Positions 1 to 10,200 of a stretch of DNA of 63,021 bases are shown piece by piece. The DNA lies in IMG/VR virus record IMGVR_UViG_3300037518_000374, positions 1 through 63,021 of that record; one strand, given 5' to 3'. The stretch is from a virus. Its lineage: Duplodnaviria > Caudoviricetes. Each line of letters begins with the position of its first letter. Position 1 is the first letter of the stretch. The position numbers and the translations under genes were made by a program. The notes under the pieces are model-generated. The model was given only the letters and a program-made list of their open reading frames with translations. It made no database searches and was not told where the DNA came from.

Positions 1-34
1 GGGCACTGCCGCCGCCGAGTCAGGTTGCGTCCTA

Positions 35-107
35 TAGCGGGCCTCGGAATCGAACCGAGCACAGCGGCCTTATAAGAGCCGCCGGCGCAACCAGCGCTCC
101 GCCCGCA
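35..107 (-). tRNA. tRNA-like gene, anticodon UAU (Ile), no encoded CCA
   Basis: The reverse complement folds as a cloverleaf: acceptor TGCGGGC/GCCCGCT (1:72 mismatch), D stem GCGC/GCGC, anticodon loop CTTATAA, T arm CTCGG-TTCGATT-CCGAG. Confidence 0.8.
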
Positions 108-282
108 TCGGTGCGGCGGCGCCATAGAGCTGGCGCCGCCGCGGTCAGGCCGACCGTCGGCAGTCGGCCTCGCAGGGGTCAATGCGCGCGCCGGGGCCGA
201 AGCCCCGAGCGCAGAATGACCTTCGCTCTGGCGAGTGAAGGGTCAGATACGGTTTCGGTTGTGAGCCAGAGCGATCATTCTG
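108..282 (-). ncRNA. structured leader/ncRNA between promoter and tRNA
   Basis: Long inverted repeat 212-232 vs 265-282, plus a cUUCGg tetraloop hairpin (CGGGGCTTCGGCCCCG, 192-207) on the minus strand; no convincing ORF. Confidence 0.45.
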
Positions 283-287
283 GTCAA

Positions 288-328
288 ACTCTACTGCACG
301 TTTTCGGATTCGTCAAGAGAAATCTTGA
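288..328 (-). promoter_or_regulatory. sigma70-like promoter with overlapping operator-like palindrome
   Basis: Minus strand TTGACG (316-311), N17, TAGAGT (293-288); palindrome TCAAGA-GAAA-TCTTGA at 313-328 overlaps the -35. Confidence 0.65.
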
Positions 329-344
329 GAAAAATGTCGGCTGC

Positions 345-731
345 CTACTCAACGGACCCGATCGCCTTCGTCATGGCCTGGATGTCTCGCCCCATGATCT
401 TGATGTTTGTGCTGATGTCCTGGACGGCTTTCGAGGTCGATTCGGCGTTGCTGTTAAGCCGATTTAACTGGTTCTCCGCCGTAAGGATGCGCTGCTCCTG
501 AACTGCATTGCGCGTCTCGTCCGGTCCAACGTGCGCAGTGATGCGCTCCCATTGGAGTCGGTCGGTCTGGGTCTGCTGAACGATGTACTCGCGCACGCGG
601 GTGTCGATGTCGTCCATCCGGCCGACCATGAGGAATCCGATGTACGATATTGCGCTCATCGACACCGTGAACAGGATCGACAGCAGAAGGACGTACACTC
701 CCTTGACGCCTTTCGCGGCTTCGTCGCTCAT
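345..731 (-). CDS. membrane-anchored coiled-coil protein (possible lysis/spanin-like)
   Basis: One N-terminal TM helix then coiled coil; ATGA-coupled to the upstream gene; last gene of the late operon. Confidence 0.6.
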   Translation of the reverse strand: MSDEAAKGVKGVYVLLLSILFTVSMSAISYIGFLMVGRMDDIDTRVREYIVQQTQTDRLQWERITAHVGPDETRNAVQEQRILTAENQLNRLNSNAESTSKAVQDISTNIKIMGRDIQAMTKAIGSVE

Positions 732-967
732 GTCTCTTTCCCCGAGATTCCCTGTGCCGCGTTATCGATCGCCACGGCATTTTTGGCCTTGGTCCGCGTA
801 ACCGCCACCCCCGTCCACAACGCGACAGCCGATAACAGCAGATCGCGTGTTCCGTCGTCGAGCCATCCCTGTCGGCCGACAAACATAAGCACGCCGGCCG
901 CGATCATGCCCATCTCCGTTTTGTGGTTGGCGAACAACGACTTGAGAAATCCAATCAGGCTACTCAT
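728..967 (-). CDS. holin-like small protein with two TM helices
   Basis: 79 aa, two hydrophobic segments, charged C-terminus, late-operon end. Confidence 0.55.
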   Translation of the reverse strand: MSSLIGFLKSLFANHKTEMGMIAAGVLMFVGRQGWLDDGTRDLLLSAVALWTGVAVTRTKAKNAVAIDNAAQGISGKET

Positions 968-1208
968 GGGGAATCTCCAGTGTGTACTCGGGTTCGGTCG
1001 TGATCTGCCACTCCGATCCGCCGGCCGGCTGGCTGGTGCTCGCGTGCAGCTCGGCTATCACAACCCGCTCGATGACGAGCTTCACTTCTCGTATCTCCAC
1101 CATGCGGCCGTACGAGCATCCTACCACCGGCAGCAGAAACACCCACGCCAGCACGACGAACCCAAGCAGGATCGCGAGACTGCCGACGAGTTTCCATGTT
1201 CCGTTCAT
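960..1208 (-). CDS. small membrane/lipoprotein
   Basis: Start trimmed to MNGTWKLVG; long hydrophobic N-terminus ending VVGC. Confidence 0.5.
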   Translation of the reverse strand: MNGTWKLVGSLAILLGFVVLAWVFLLPVVGCSYGRMVEIREVKLVIERVVIAELHASTSQPAGGSEWQITTEPEYTLEIPHE

Positions 1209-1281
1209 CCCCGGGCTCCTATAGGCCGGCCGGCGGGGTTGGTGAGGCCCCGCCGACCGGTGGGGAGAGGAGAAACGTACG

Positions 1282-1722
1282 CTACTCCGGCGGCTCGACG
1301 CGCCAGCCCTCCAGCACGTCCCGGATGATCGCCTCGATCTCGGCCCGGGTGACGGTGGGGGCTGCGCCACCGCCCCCACCGCCCCCGAACGCAGGGGCGG
1401 CCGCACTGACGACGTTCGAGAACGCATTGAATGTGCGCTCGAAGTTCTCGCCCACGGTCCGCATCTGATCCGCCACCGCCTGTAACTGCTCGACGTTGGC
1501 GATCCTGACCGTACTGGCGGTGTTCTGGACCGTAAGCGAGTCGAAGCTGATCGCGCGCGTGTCCGGGTTGTACACGAAGTTCTGCACGTCGATCGTGTTG
1601 TCTTTCTTGTCCTCGAACGTGATCTCGCCCGTGAGGGGCGAGACGGTGAAGCGCGTAGTCGGGTCGGCCACGCCGCAGCCCGCTACCAACACCGCACAAA
1701 ACGTGACCGCAAGTCGTTTCAT
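1282..1722 (-). CDS. lipoprotein (possible o-spanin-like)
   Basis: Start trimmed to MKRLAVTFCAVLVAGC, a classic lipobox; GAGG RBS upstream. Confidence 0.6.
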   Translation of the reverse strand: MKRLAVTFCAVLVAGCGVADPTTRFTVSPLTGEITFEDKKDNTIDVQNFVYNPDTRAISFDSLTVQNTASTVRIANVEQLQAVADQMRTVGENFERTFNAFSNVVSAAAPAFGGGGGGGAAPTVTRAEIEAIIRDVLEGWRVEPPE

Positions 1723-1726
1723 CGCC

Positions 1727-1855
1727 TCACCCTCCCAACAGCCCAATGGCGCCGCCGACCAACGACTGAGAGGCCGTGCAGCCATTCGACAGCAGCCACG
1801 CGGCCGCAACCTGCACACCCAGCGTAACCAACTGTTCGATTCCGATCATGATCAT
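1727..1855 (-). CDS. small hydrophobic protein
   Basis: MIMIGIEQLVTLGVQV... 42 aa with GGAG RBS. Confidence 0.4.
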   Translation of the reverse strand: MIMIGIEQLVTLGVQVAAAWLLSNGCTASQSLVGGAIGLLGG

Positions 1856-1924
1856 TCTCCTGTTTTGAGAATTGTTCTCGCCCACGCACGGGCCAACCGA
1901 CCCATTGTATCGCATTCCTCGTTG

Positions 1925-4288
1925 TCATGGAATGAGAATAAACCTTGTTCTGGTGCTTGGTGTTGAGCCAATGTTCGCAGGTGCGTTTGTTCTGTTGGTC
2001 ATCTTGCCAATCTCTCGTCTGGCGACCGGGGTCAGCGTGAACACCCCGTTCTCGGGATCGACGAACGGGCTCGCCGTCAGCACGATGCTGTTGGCGTCGT
2101 TGCCGGCTTGCCACGCCAGTGCGTCAGGGTCGGACAAATACGTCGTCCACGCCGCCTGTAGTGTGGCCAGCGTAGTGTAGTCGGGTGCCGATTCGTCTGT
2201 TCCGAAGTTCGCTATTCCGGCCGAGCCAGACACATACACGTTCCAGTCGCAGATGCCGCCCGTAAACTGTGTCACGCTGTCTTTAGACGGCCCGGCGAAC
2301 CCGATTGCCAGCGTCGCCCCGCCCGATGCGTCAATGATGTTTCCGATAATCTCGTACCCCCGGGAGTAGACGTACTCGTGAGCCTCCAGTGTTCCGATCG
2401 CGTCTGCCCCGGCCGACTGGCACAGAGTAATCGTGCTCGTGTCGGCGTTGGTACAGATATCGTAGATTCCGGCGTTGCCGGCCGGAGCCGTGATGTAAAT
2501 CTGGTCGCCCGGGGATAGCCTGTAATTCGTGAACGCGGCCGCCCCCGTAGTGATGGTCTTGGTCGAGTCCGTGTAGGTCCCGCCGTGAAAAAAGAAGTCA
2601 GTAGCGGACCCGTCGTGCGTGCTGGATTGGTTGTTGTTGTTATAGGTGAACTGGATCGTCTCTTCGTCGCCGTTTCCGTACAGGCTATTGCCGTAGAACT
2701 TGCAACCCTTCGCCCCTTTGATGAGCATGCAACAATTCGTGGCGGTTGCCATGTTCCCAATCCAGGTGTTGCCCTCGCCCTTGTCGATCAGACTCCCATA
2801 ATCGCCGTTGTACGATTCGTTGTTTTGAATCAGGCACCCGTAAGTCCCCTCCAGTAACGCAATGCCGTGCGATGCGTCATCGGCGAACGTGACAGTGTTG
2901 CCCGAGATAACCCAACCCTGGAACTCGCGACTGCCCGCCGCCACTTGCTCACCCTCACCCCCAAGAGCAATGCCGTAGCTGGCCGGGCTTCCGCTGACAT
3001 CTACAGTCACGACGTTGTTCAGAATATAGCCTCTGGCGTTTCGGGTTGCGCCGTTCGATTGAAAGTAGAGGCCACCCTTATTGCCCGTCGCGTCTGTGTG
3101 GGTGGCGTTCAGTCTGTTTCCAACAACGTAAATCGTCTCAGCGCCCGTGAATCCGGTCCCCATCCCGAGGCAATACATGGAAGCACTTGGGTTGGTGGTG
3201 TCCTCATCAATCAGGTTCAGTGTGCTGTCGGTGATGGAAACCTTGTTCAGTAGCCCGTTTAGCATGATGCACTGGTTTACGGCCGTCACCGTCGCCCCCG
3301 AGATGGCCGCATCGCCCATGTCCTGCAATCGGATACCCGCCTCCGCCGAAGAGCCGTTTGAGTCGCAATAGAACGTCCCCCCGGTGATGGTGACGGTTTG
3401 GGTTGGGCTACGAAACGCGCCCGCCGAAGATCCGTTCGCGTCCAGTGCCCACGCCAGATCGTAGTCGGCAATGCCGATCGTTCCGCCGCTGATCACCAGG
3501 TCGGCGGTGTCGGTAACGGCATCGGGATACCAGTGGATGCACCGCGTGACCGAGTCGCTCGGGGTCAAGGTCGCGGATTCGATCGTCAGGTTCCCGCCGC
3601 TGTTCGATCGGCCCCCGTCGATGATGTCTGTCCCGCCACCACTGTTGCGCACGTCGATGTCCTGCAGGATGAGGTTCGCGGTCCCCATTGAGATGCAGTC
3701 GCCGCTTGTGCCGCTCCGGTCGAATACCGCCAGCCCCTCGCCCAACGTGTCCAGCGTCACCGTGTCGGTGTCGCCCGTGCTGTTTACTGTGAGCCCCGCC
3801 GACACATGCGCCTCGGGCGTGAGCTTGACCATCACCTCGTTCGAGGTTGTGGCTGCAATGCCCGACGCGATTGCGTTCGCGACCGTGTTCTCGGGGCCGG
3901 AGGTGGCAGAAATGGATGCGTCCGTGTAGTTGTCGTTAACCTCGTCCCCAATAACGTATTCCACCGCCATGTTGCTGGCGTCCGTATACGTCACCACCTT
4001 GTAGAGACCCGCCTTGGGGGCGCCGGTGTCCCAAGATATGAACAGGTAGTCTCCTACCGCCACCCCCGTAAAAGGATCGCCGCTCTTAGTCAGAAACGCA
4101 CTGGCGGGCTCGGTGGCGAAAATATAGTCGAACGCGGCGCCCGTGACCGCACCCGACAGCTTCACGCTCGCCCGCCCGTCGTTCGCCGACAGCCCGTCCG
4201 TCGCGTCCGCAAATGTCCACACGTCGATCGCGGCATGGGCCGGAAGGGCGAGGGACAGGCAGGCAAGAATGCACACAATCCATCGCAT
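1925..4288 (-). CDS. right-handed beta-helix (pectin lyase-like) protein with Sec-type signal peptide; tailspike/depolymerase-like
   Basis: 787 aa; N-terminus MRWIVCILACLSLALPAHA; repeated IxGNT/IxNN beta-helix motifs; rich in G, T, D, N. Confidence 0.65.
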   Translation of the reverse strand: MRWIVCILACLSLALPAHAAIDVWTFADATDGLSANDGRASVKLSGAVTGAAFDYIFATEPASAFLTKSGDPFTGVAVGDYLFISWDTGAPKAGLYKVVTYTDASNMAVEYVIGDEVNDNYTDASISATSGPENTVANAIASGIAATTSNEVMVKLTPEAHVSAGLTVNSTGDTDTVTLDTLGEGLAVFDRSGTSGDCISMGTANLILQDIDVRNSGGGTDIIDGGRSNSGGNLTIESATLTPSDSVTRCIHWYPDAVTDTADLVISGGTIGIADYDLAWALDANGSSAGAFRSPTQTVTITGGTFYCDSNGSSAEAGIRLQDMGDAAISGATVTAVNQCIMLNGLLNKVSITDSTLNLIDEDTTNPSASMYCLGMGTGFTGAETIYVVGNRLNATHTDATGNKGGLYFQSNGATRNARGYILNNVVTVDVSGSPASYGIALGGEGEQVAAGSREFQGWVISGNTVTFADDASHGIALLEGTYGCLIQNNESYNGDYGSLIDKGEGNTWIGNMATATNCCMLIKGAKGCKFYGNSLYGNGDEETIQFTYNNNNQSSTHDGSATDFFFHGGTYTDSTKTITTGAAAFTNYRLSPGDQIYITAPAGNAGIYDICTNADTSTITLCQSAGADAIGTLEAHEYVYSRGYEIIGNIIDASGGATLAIGFAGPSKDSVTQFTGGICDWNVYVSGSAGIANFGTDESAPDYTTLATLQAAWTTYLSDPDALAWQAGNDANSIVLTASPFVDPENGVFTLTPVARREIGKMTNRTNAPANIGSTPSTRTRFILIP

Positions 4289-4293
4289 CGCCG

Positions 4294-7200
4294 CTACTCC
4301 TTTAACATCTGCCGTCGGTATAGCCGCCTCAGTGCCGACCCGAAACTCGTGAGGTTTCCGTTGTCGTCGATCATATCCGTCTTGTAGCCCCGCCGGCGGT
4401 ACTCGCGAGTCAACAATAGTCTACGCTCTCGGTTGTCGATATCCAGTTCGTCCAGAATCTCGCGGGAGCGACGGATGGATTCCTGTTTATTGATCCTGGT
4501 ATCCACATTTTCGGAGGCGGGGTTCTGGGCCGCCGCGAACGCCTTGCGCTGAAGATGCTGGTCGCGAATATTCCGCAACGGCTCGGACAACCGGTCGTCG
4601 GTCAGGATGTTGGGAAACTCGGGCAACTCTTCCTTGCCCAACCCGAACCGGGACAGGCCGGTCAGGTACCGCTCCTCCCTGAGTTGGTCCTGGCGGTTCG
4701 GCATGGCCCGCACAACATCCCGAACCTCGGACAAGATGTCGGCCGTCCACTCCATCCTGTAAAGCGCCTTCGTGACCGCACTATCTTCCGACCCGGCGGT
4801 CTTCAGGCTCCCCTTTTTCTGCTGCAATCGCCCCAGCTCGCCGTAGAAGTTGTCAAGCGACACACCCCGCCCGATGGTCTGGCCCACCGACGAGAAACCC
4901 AGTACGCGCTTGACGCGCTCCATGATCTCCGGGCTGCCCTTTGTGATCGGCTCAAAAGCCCTCAGTATGTCGATACCCATTCCGCCCGTCGCGTTGCGGA
5001 TGGCGTGGTCGATGGCGGCCGGCGACTTGTGAATGAGCTGACCGATGTAGCGCGAGGCCAGCGTGTTGTACTGGTAGAATTGGTCCTGCGGCATGCGCGT
5101 CTCACGAAGCCGATCGTCCACGATGGGCTGATCTCGCCAGAGGTCGTAGTTCATCTTCAGTTCCAGCGGCAGAAGGCCGGCGTCCGGAACGAAGTCAGTC
5201 CAGTGCGGAACCTGGGTCTTGAGGAACTGACCGAACCCATCCGCGACCGTCTGGGGCTCCTTCCGATACCATGCGTCCACGAGCATTTCCGGGAGGGCCG
5301 AGAACAGCCATCCGTACTCGAACGGGCGGGGGATGGAGATCGTGGTGTTGCCGACCCGTAAATTCCAGGCCAGGAACTTCCGCCACGCGGGCAACTCGCG
5401 GTACCAGTCCTCGTCCTTGACGTGCCACCAGTAGACGAGTGTCGGGATCGTCAGGAGGGTTCCGGCCCTCACGAACGTCCGAACCATGCGCTTCTTATCG
5501 CCCCTCATGACGCCGCTTTTCCGAAGGGCCTGAATCGGCGCCTGGACCGCGACCTGCGAGAAGGCCGCGTACTTGTTCAGGAACATCGTCAGCGAACCGC
5601 CACGCAGGAAGTCGATCGTGTTCTCACTTCCGGCCATGAAAGCCTGGACAATCTTGCCGAGCGGGACGGGCCTGCCCTGCCGGATGTCTTCCTCGGTGAC
5701 GCCCTGCTGGCGCATGACCTCCAGCATCTCTCCGATTCTCGGTCCGCCTTCCGGAATCGCCACGATGGACTGGATCGTGTCGAGCGGCGTGGACAGCACG
5801 TTCCACAGGCTCCGGCCCTCGGCGCCCTGGAGAATCTGCCGGACCTGCCGGTAGGACGACTTGGGGTCGCGTCCGAAGTAGGAGGCGAACTCGCCGCCCC
5901 ACCGTTTCCAGAATTGCTGTAGCTGGTCCTCCGGCTTGCCCCGCAGTTCCCCGATCGTCCATTTCGCGTTCAGGTACGTCCCGTACATGATCCGGCCGAG
6001 CGCGCCCAGCATACTACCGCCCTCGGTCTGGATCATGGAGTGTGGAACGTCTCGCACGAGGTTCCGGTACAGGCCGAACGACGCCTTGAGCCCGACCGCC
6101 CCCAGCTTGACCGCCTGCGTCATCTTCGCGGCCGGCTTCAGGATGGTTTCGAGCCAGATCGGCAACGTGATGGCGTTCTGGCCACTAGCCGACAGGTAGA
6201 TGTCCGGGTCGATCTCGTACCACTCCTGCTTGCCGTCCTTCCACCGGGCCAGCATGGGCGTCCCGTCGCGGACGTATTCGGTGGGGGTGAAGAACTCCAG
6301 GACCTGGTCCATATCGGCCTGCTCGATGTCGATCCCGGCATCCTCCAACTGCTGGGCTATCCGTTCGAGCGTGACGGTCTGGCGCTTGATGGGGGTCGGG
6401 AGCGGCCCTTCGACCAGCCACCCCATCCCATCGACACTTCTGGATGCGTCGATAAGTGCGTTTCGCACGACGTTGGCGGTCGCCTTGGCGTATACCCGTT
6501 CGGCCTGGGTGTACATCGCCACCATCACGTCCACCACCTGGCGAGGGCTGCCCTTCATACCGAAGAACGCCTTGCTGCGGTCCAACAGCCCGCCCCCGCG
6601 GCGCTTGCCGGACCGGTACTCCTCCAACACCCGGAACATCGGCACGTAGGCCGGATAGGTGTCGATCATCGCCTGGGCCGACTCCTCGCTGAGCCCCCCC
6701 ACTTCGGCGTACATCCGCACCAGTGCGTTGTTCCATTCCGTTATGGCGTCCGCCGCCTCAACGAATCCGGGCCGGTCCCGCAGGGCATCGTACACGCGCT
6801 GGGCATCCGGCAAGGAGAATCCGGGGTTCTTGGGCCTCGCAGTTCCGCTCTTATCGACGAAACCCCACGTCTCGATCCCGTGACGGGCCATCATGAAGTC
6901 CGTCAGGTCCGCGACGTTGGCCTCCGTGATGGGTCCGATCTTCCGCACGGCCTCCACGATCCCGTCCGACATCTTGCGGTCGTCCACCAGACTGTGGACG
7001 CCGTAGCGATACGCCTGCTCCGCACGGGACCGGACGGCGCCGAACAGCCGGCGGGCCATGTCGTAGAACCGCTGCTTTGGCGGAAGGGGCGTGCCACGCT
7101 TCTCCTCGATCAGGTTCTGTGCCCACTCCAGCTCGACAAGCCGGTCATCCGCCACCTGCCGGACCTTCCGAAACAGGCGACCCATGCGCTCGGACCGGCC

Positions 7201-10200
7201 CTCAAGGGGATAGGCCGTTCCGGTCTCGCTTCGGGCAGCCCGCAACCTCGCGCGCGCGCCCTCGACGCCCGGCGCCCGATATTGGTCGATCTCGGCCTTC
7301 GTCTTCTGAAGCCCGTCGGCGAGTTCCGGGTGTTTTTTCATCCACGTCTGGGTGAACCAGCGGTAGGTCCGGGGCGCCCTGATGGCGGCGTCGTCGTGGG
7401 TCAGGAAGAACCGGACGAACTCCGCGAACCCTTCGTCGGGCCGCATCTGTTCCTGGTCGTAGTCCAGGTCCGATAGTTCGGACTGGACGGTCGAGGGCGC
7501 GAGCGCAACCGCCTGCGTGCCCTTGTCGATCTTGTGCGCCACCTCGTGAGTCGTGACGCCGAGATCGCCGCCGAACTCGCTCTTTCGCCGCACCACCTCC
7601 GGCCTGACCTTGAACTTCCCGGCCATCGGCCCGCGCATCTTTCCGGTGCGGATCGGGACCCTGAACCGGCGCTGCATGTTGGCGATGATTTCGTGGTTGC
7701 TGATAGGCTTTACAGGTCCCTGGGACTTGGGCGGAAGTTCACCCGCGATTTCCGGCGGTGCGTTCTGGACAGGCGGCGGCGGCGGCGTTAACGTCCGCTG
7801 TCCAGTCCTCTTCAGCTCGGCTTCCATCCGCTTCTGGGCGGCCTTGTCGATGTCGGGACGAAGCAATCCCTCTTTCGTAATGACGCCCGATTCCGTAACC
7901 TTTTCGCCCTTGATGTTGGCGCCGAACTCGAAATCGGTCTGCTCGCCCGTCAGCGGCTCCGTCACCTTCTGGCCGAACAGGCCGGCGGGCGGAACCCCGG
8001 GGGCGGCGGGCGGCACCTCGGCTGGCTCCGGCGGAGTCTTTAGCGAACCCTCGTCGATCGCCAGCTCGCTTCCGAGCGGAAGATCGAACGTCAAGCCGTC
8101 CTCGACCCGAACCGTTCCGCCATCCTGGTCAACATCTGTGACACTGTAGGGCTCGCCCGCAACGGTAAACTGCTCCCCCACGTCCAGCATTCCGGTCGGC
8201 ACGACCTCGGGATTCTTTCCCTTGGCCAACTGACTTCCCTCGGGCGATGAACTCACGGCATGGTAATGCTGAAGGTCATACAACTCCTGCGGAGTGAATG
8301 CACCTGGATTCTTGCGGGCGAACTCCATTGTCCGGTCGATCGTTCGCTTTTTGCCGTCATCGTGGAATCGGATGATCCGCTCTGCCATGCGGTCCGTCCC
8401 GATCTCGGACATGACATCCGACCCGGAAGCGCTATTCCATCTCGGATCGCTTTTCCGAACGACCTTGACGTTCATCTGAAGATTCTTGGGCAATCTTTCG
8501 CGAAGCTCACGAGCCGCTGACCGGCCCTCTTTCGTGTCTTTGAAGCTAAAGCCAGATGTCGGCTCGTTAAGGCGCTGGAATTCCTCGACTTCGCCCTCAC
8601 CCGCAATCGACTCGCCAACGTCTTCGCCGCTGATAACCCCTCGCAACCTTTCGTGGATATCCAGAACCCTCTGCTCCGCCTGCTTTATTCCTTTTCGGGA
8701 CGGCCGGCGCGGCTTGGGTGCCTTGGGCTTCAGGTCGGGGTAGTCGGCCAGCACGTCGAGCGGGACAGGCTTACCCGCGCGGACAGCCTGCTTGACCATC
8801 ACTTGGCGAGCATCGCTTAACGCCTTCTGTTTCGATCGTGATCCAACAGAAAGAACTGTCTCGCCTGTCGGCATTCGAACGCGCATGTCCTTTCCGGTTT
8901 TCTGAAGCGTTGCGGCCTGGACGAACTCATCCTTCGTCATCTCCCATGGACGCTTGCCTACCCTCGCTTCTTCTTGCTGACCCGGTGCTTGTGGAACTTG
9001 TCCAACGTCTTCTTGTCCGGGCACTTTCCCTGCATCTTGTCGGGGTTGTGCTCGCAGCCCTTCATGAACCGCTTCTGCTTTTTGCTCTTGTACGGCACGA
9101 CCGATCTCCTGTGTGGGGGTAGGGATTGGCGGCGCCTCGACGGTCGGCGCCTGGGATTCGATGATGGGCGGCTCTCCGGGGGGCCTTGGCCCGCCGCGAC
9201 TACCGAACCGCCCAGACTCGGCCAGGTCCTCCTGGGTCCGCTGCTGTTGCTCCGGCGTCAGCGTACCGGTCTCGCCCTGCGGGCCCAGTGATCCAGGATG
9301 GACCGGCTCAACGAGCGGCGGCGGCTCAATCGCGACGGGCTGGCCAACCGGGGCGGGGGGGGCCTCCGTGCCCGGCCGGACAGGCGGTGGTGTCCGCCCG
9401 AGCCGACCCAATCCTGCCGTGACCGCCTGACCGCCCACGATCGGAACGGCGAACGCCGCCGCCTCCTGACCAAGCTCCGAGAAGGTTGGCAGGCCGCCCT
9501 CCAGCTCCGCTCCTGCCGCCGCGGCCGTCATGCGCAACACGTCCGACACCCGCTCCTCGCCAATCTCCTCCAGGATGCCGTGGTAGCCCGCCTTCTCCAG
9601 ATGCCGCATGAACTGCCTGAACGATCTCCCGCCGTCCGCCATCCAGGCGCCGGCCAGGGCCGCACGGGCGCGACCCAGCGGGACCGTCACGGTTTCGGCG
9701 CCCGGAACCTTGCTTGCGATCTTCGCCACGGCCCGTCCGCCACGCCTCAGCGCCCCGCCGCTCCCCTCCCCCAAAACCTCGAAGGTCGTGTCGAGCGTGG
9801 CGTCCCGAAGGGCGGCGATGAAATCCTGGCCCGGGCTTGCGACGAACGCCTTGAGCGACCCTTCATCGTTGCGGTCGAACCGGTAGTCCGGCATCATGCG
9901 CGCAACGGTGTCGCGTGCGATCCGGGGGCTGAAGGCTGGCAGGCGGGCGATCGTGTCGGCACCAAGGCGGGTCAGGGTAGTCGCGGCCCTTGCGCCCGCT
10001 ACCCTGGATAGCGACTTCTGGACCGCCCTGGCCGCCGCCTTGCGGGCTACCGAGGACACGCCCTTACGCACCAGTGACGCCATGCCGCCCGATGCAAGGA
10101 ACTCGCCGGCGAACGGAACCGTCTCGGTCACGATCCGGGCTGTTCCGCCGCCCCATGTCGTTCCGCGAGCCTGGTTCGCCATATCGCGCTGGAAATCGGC

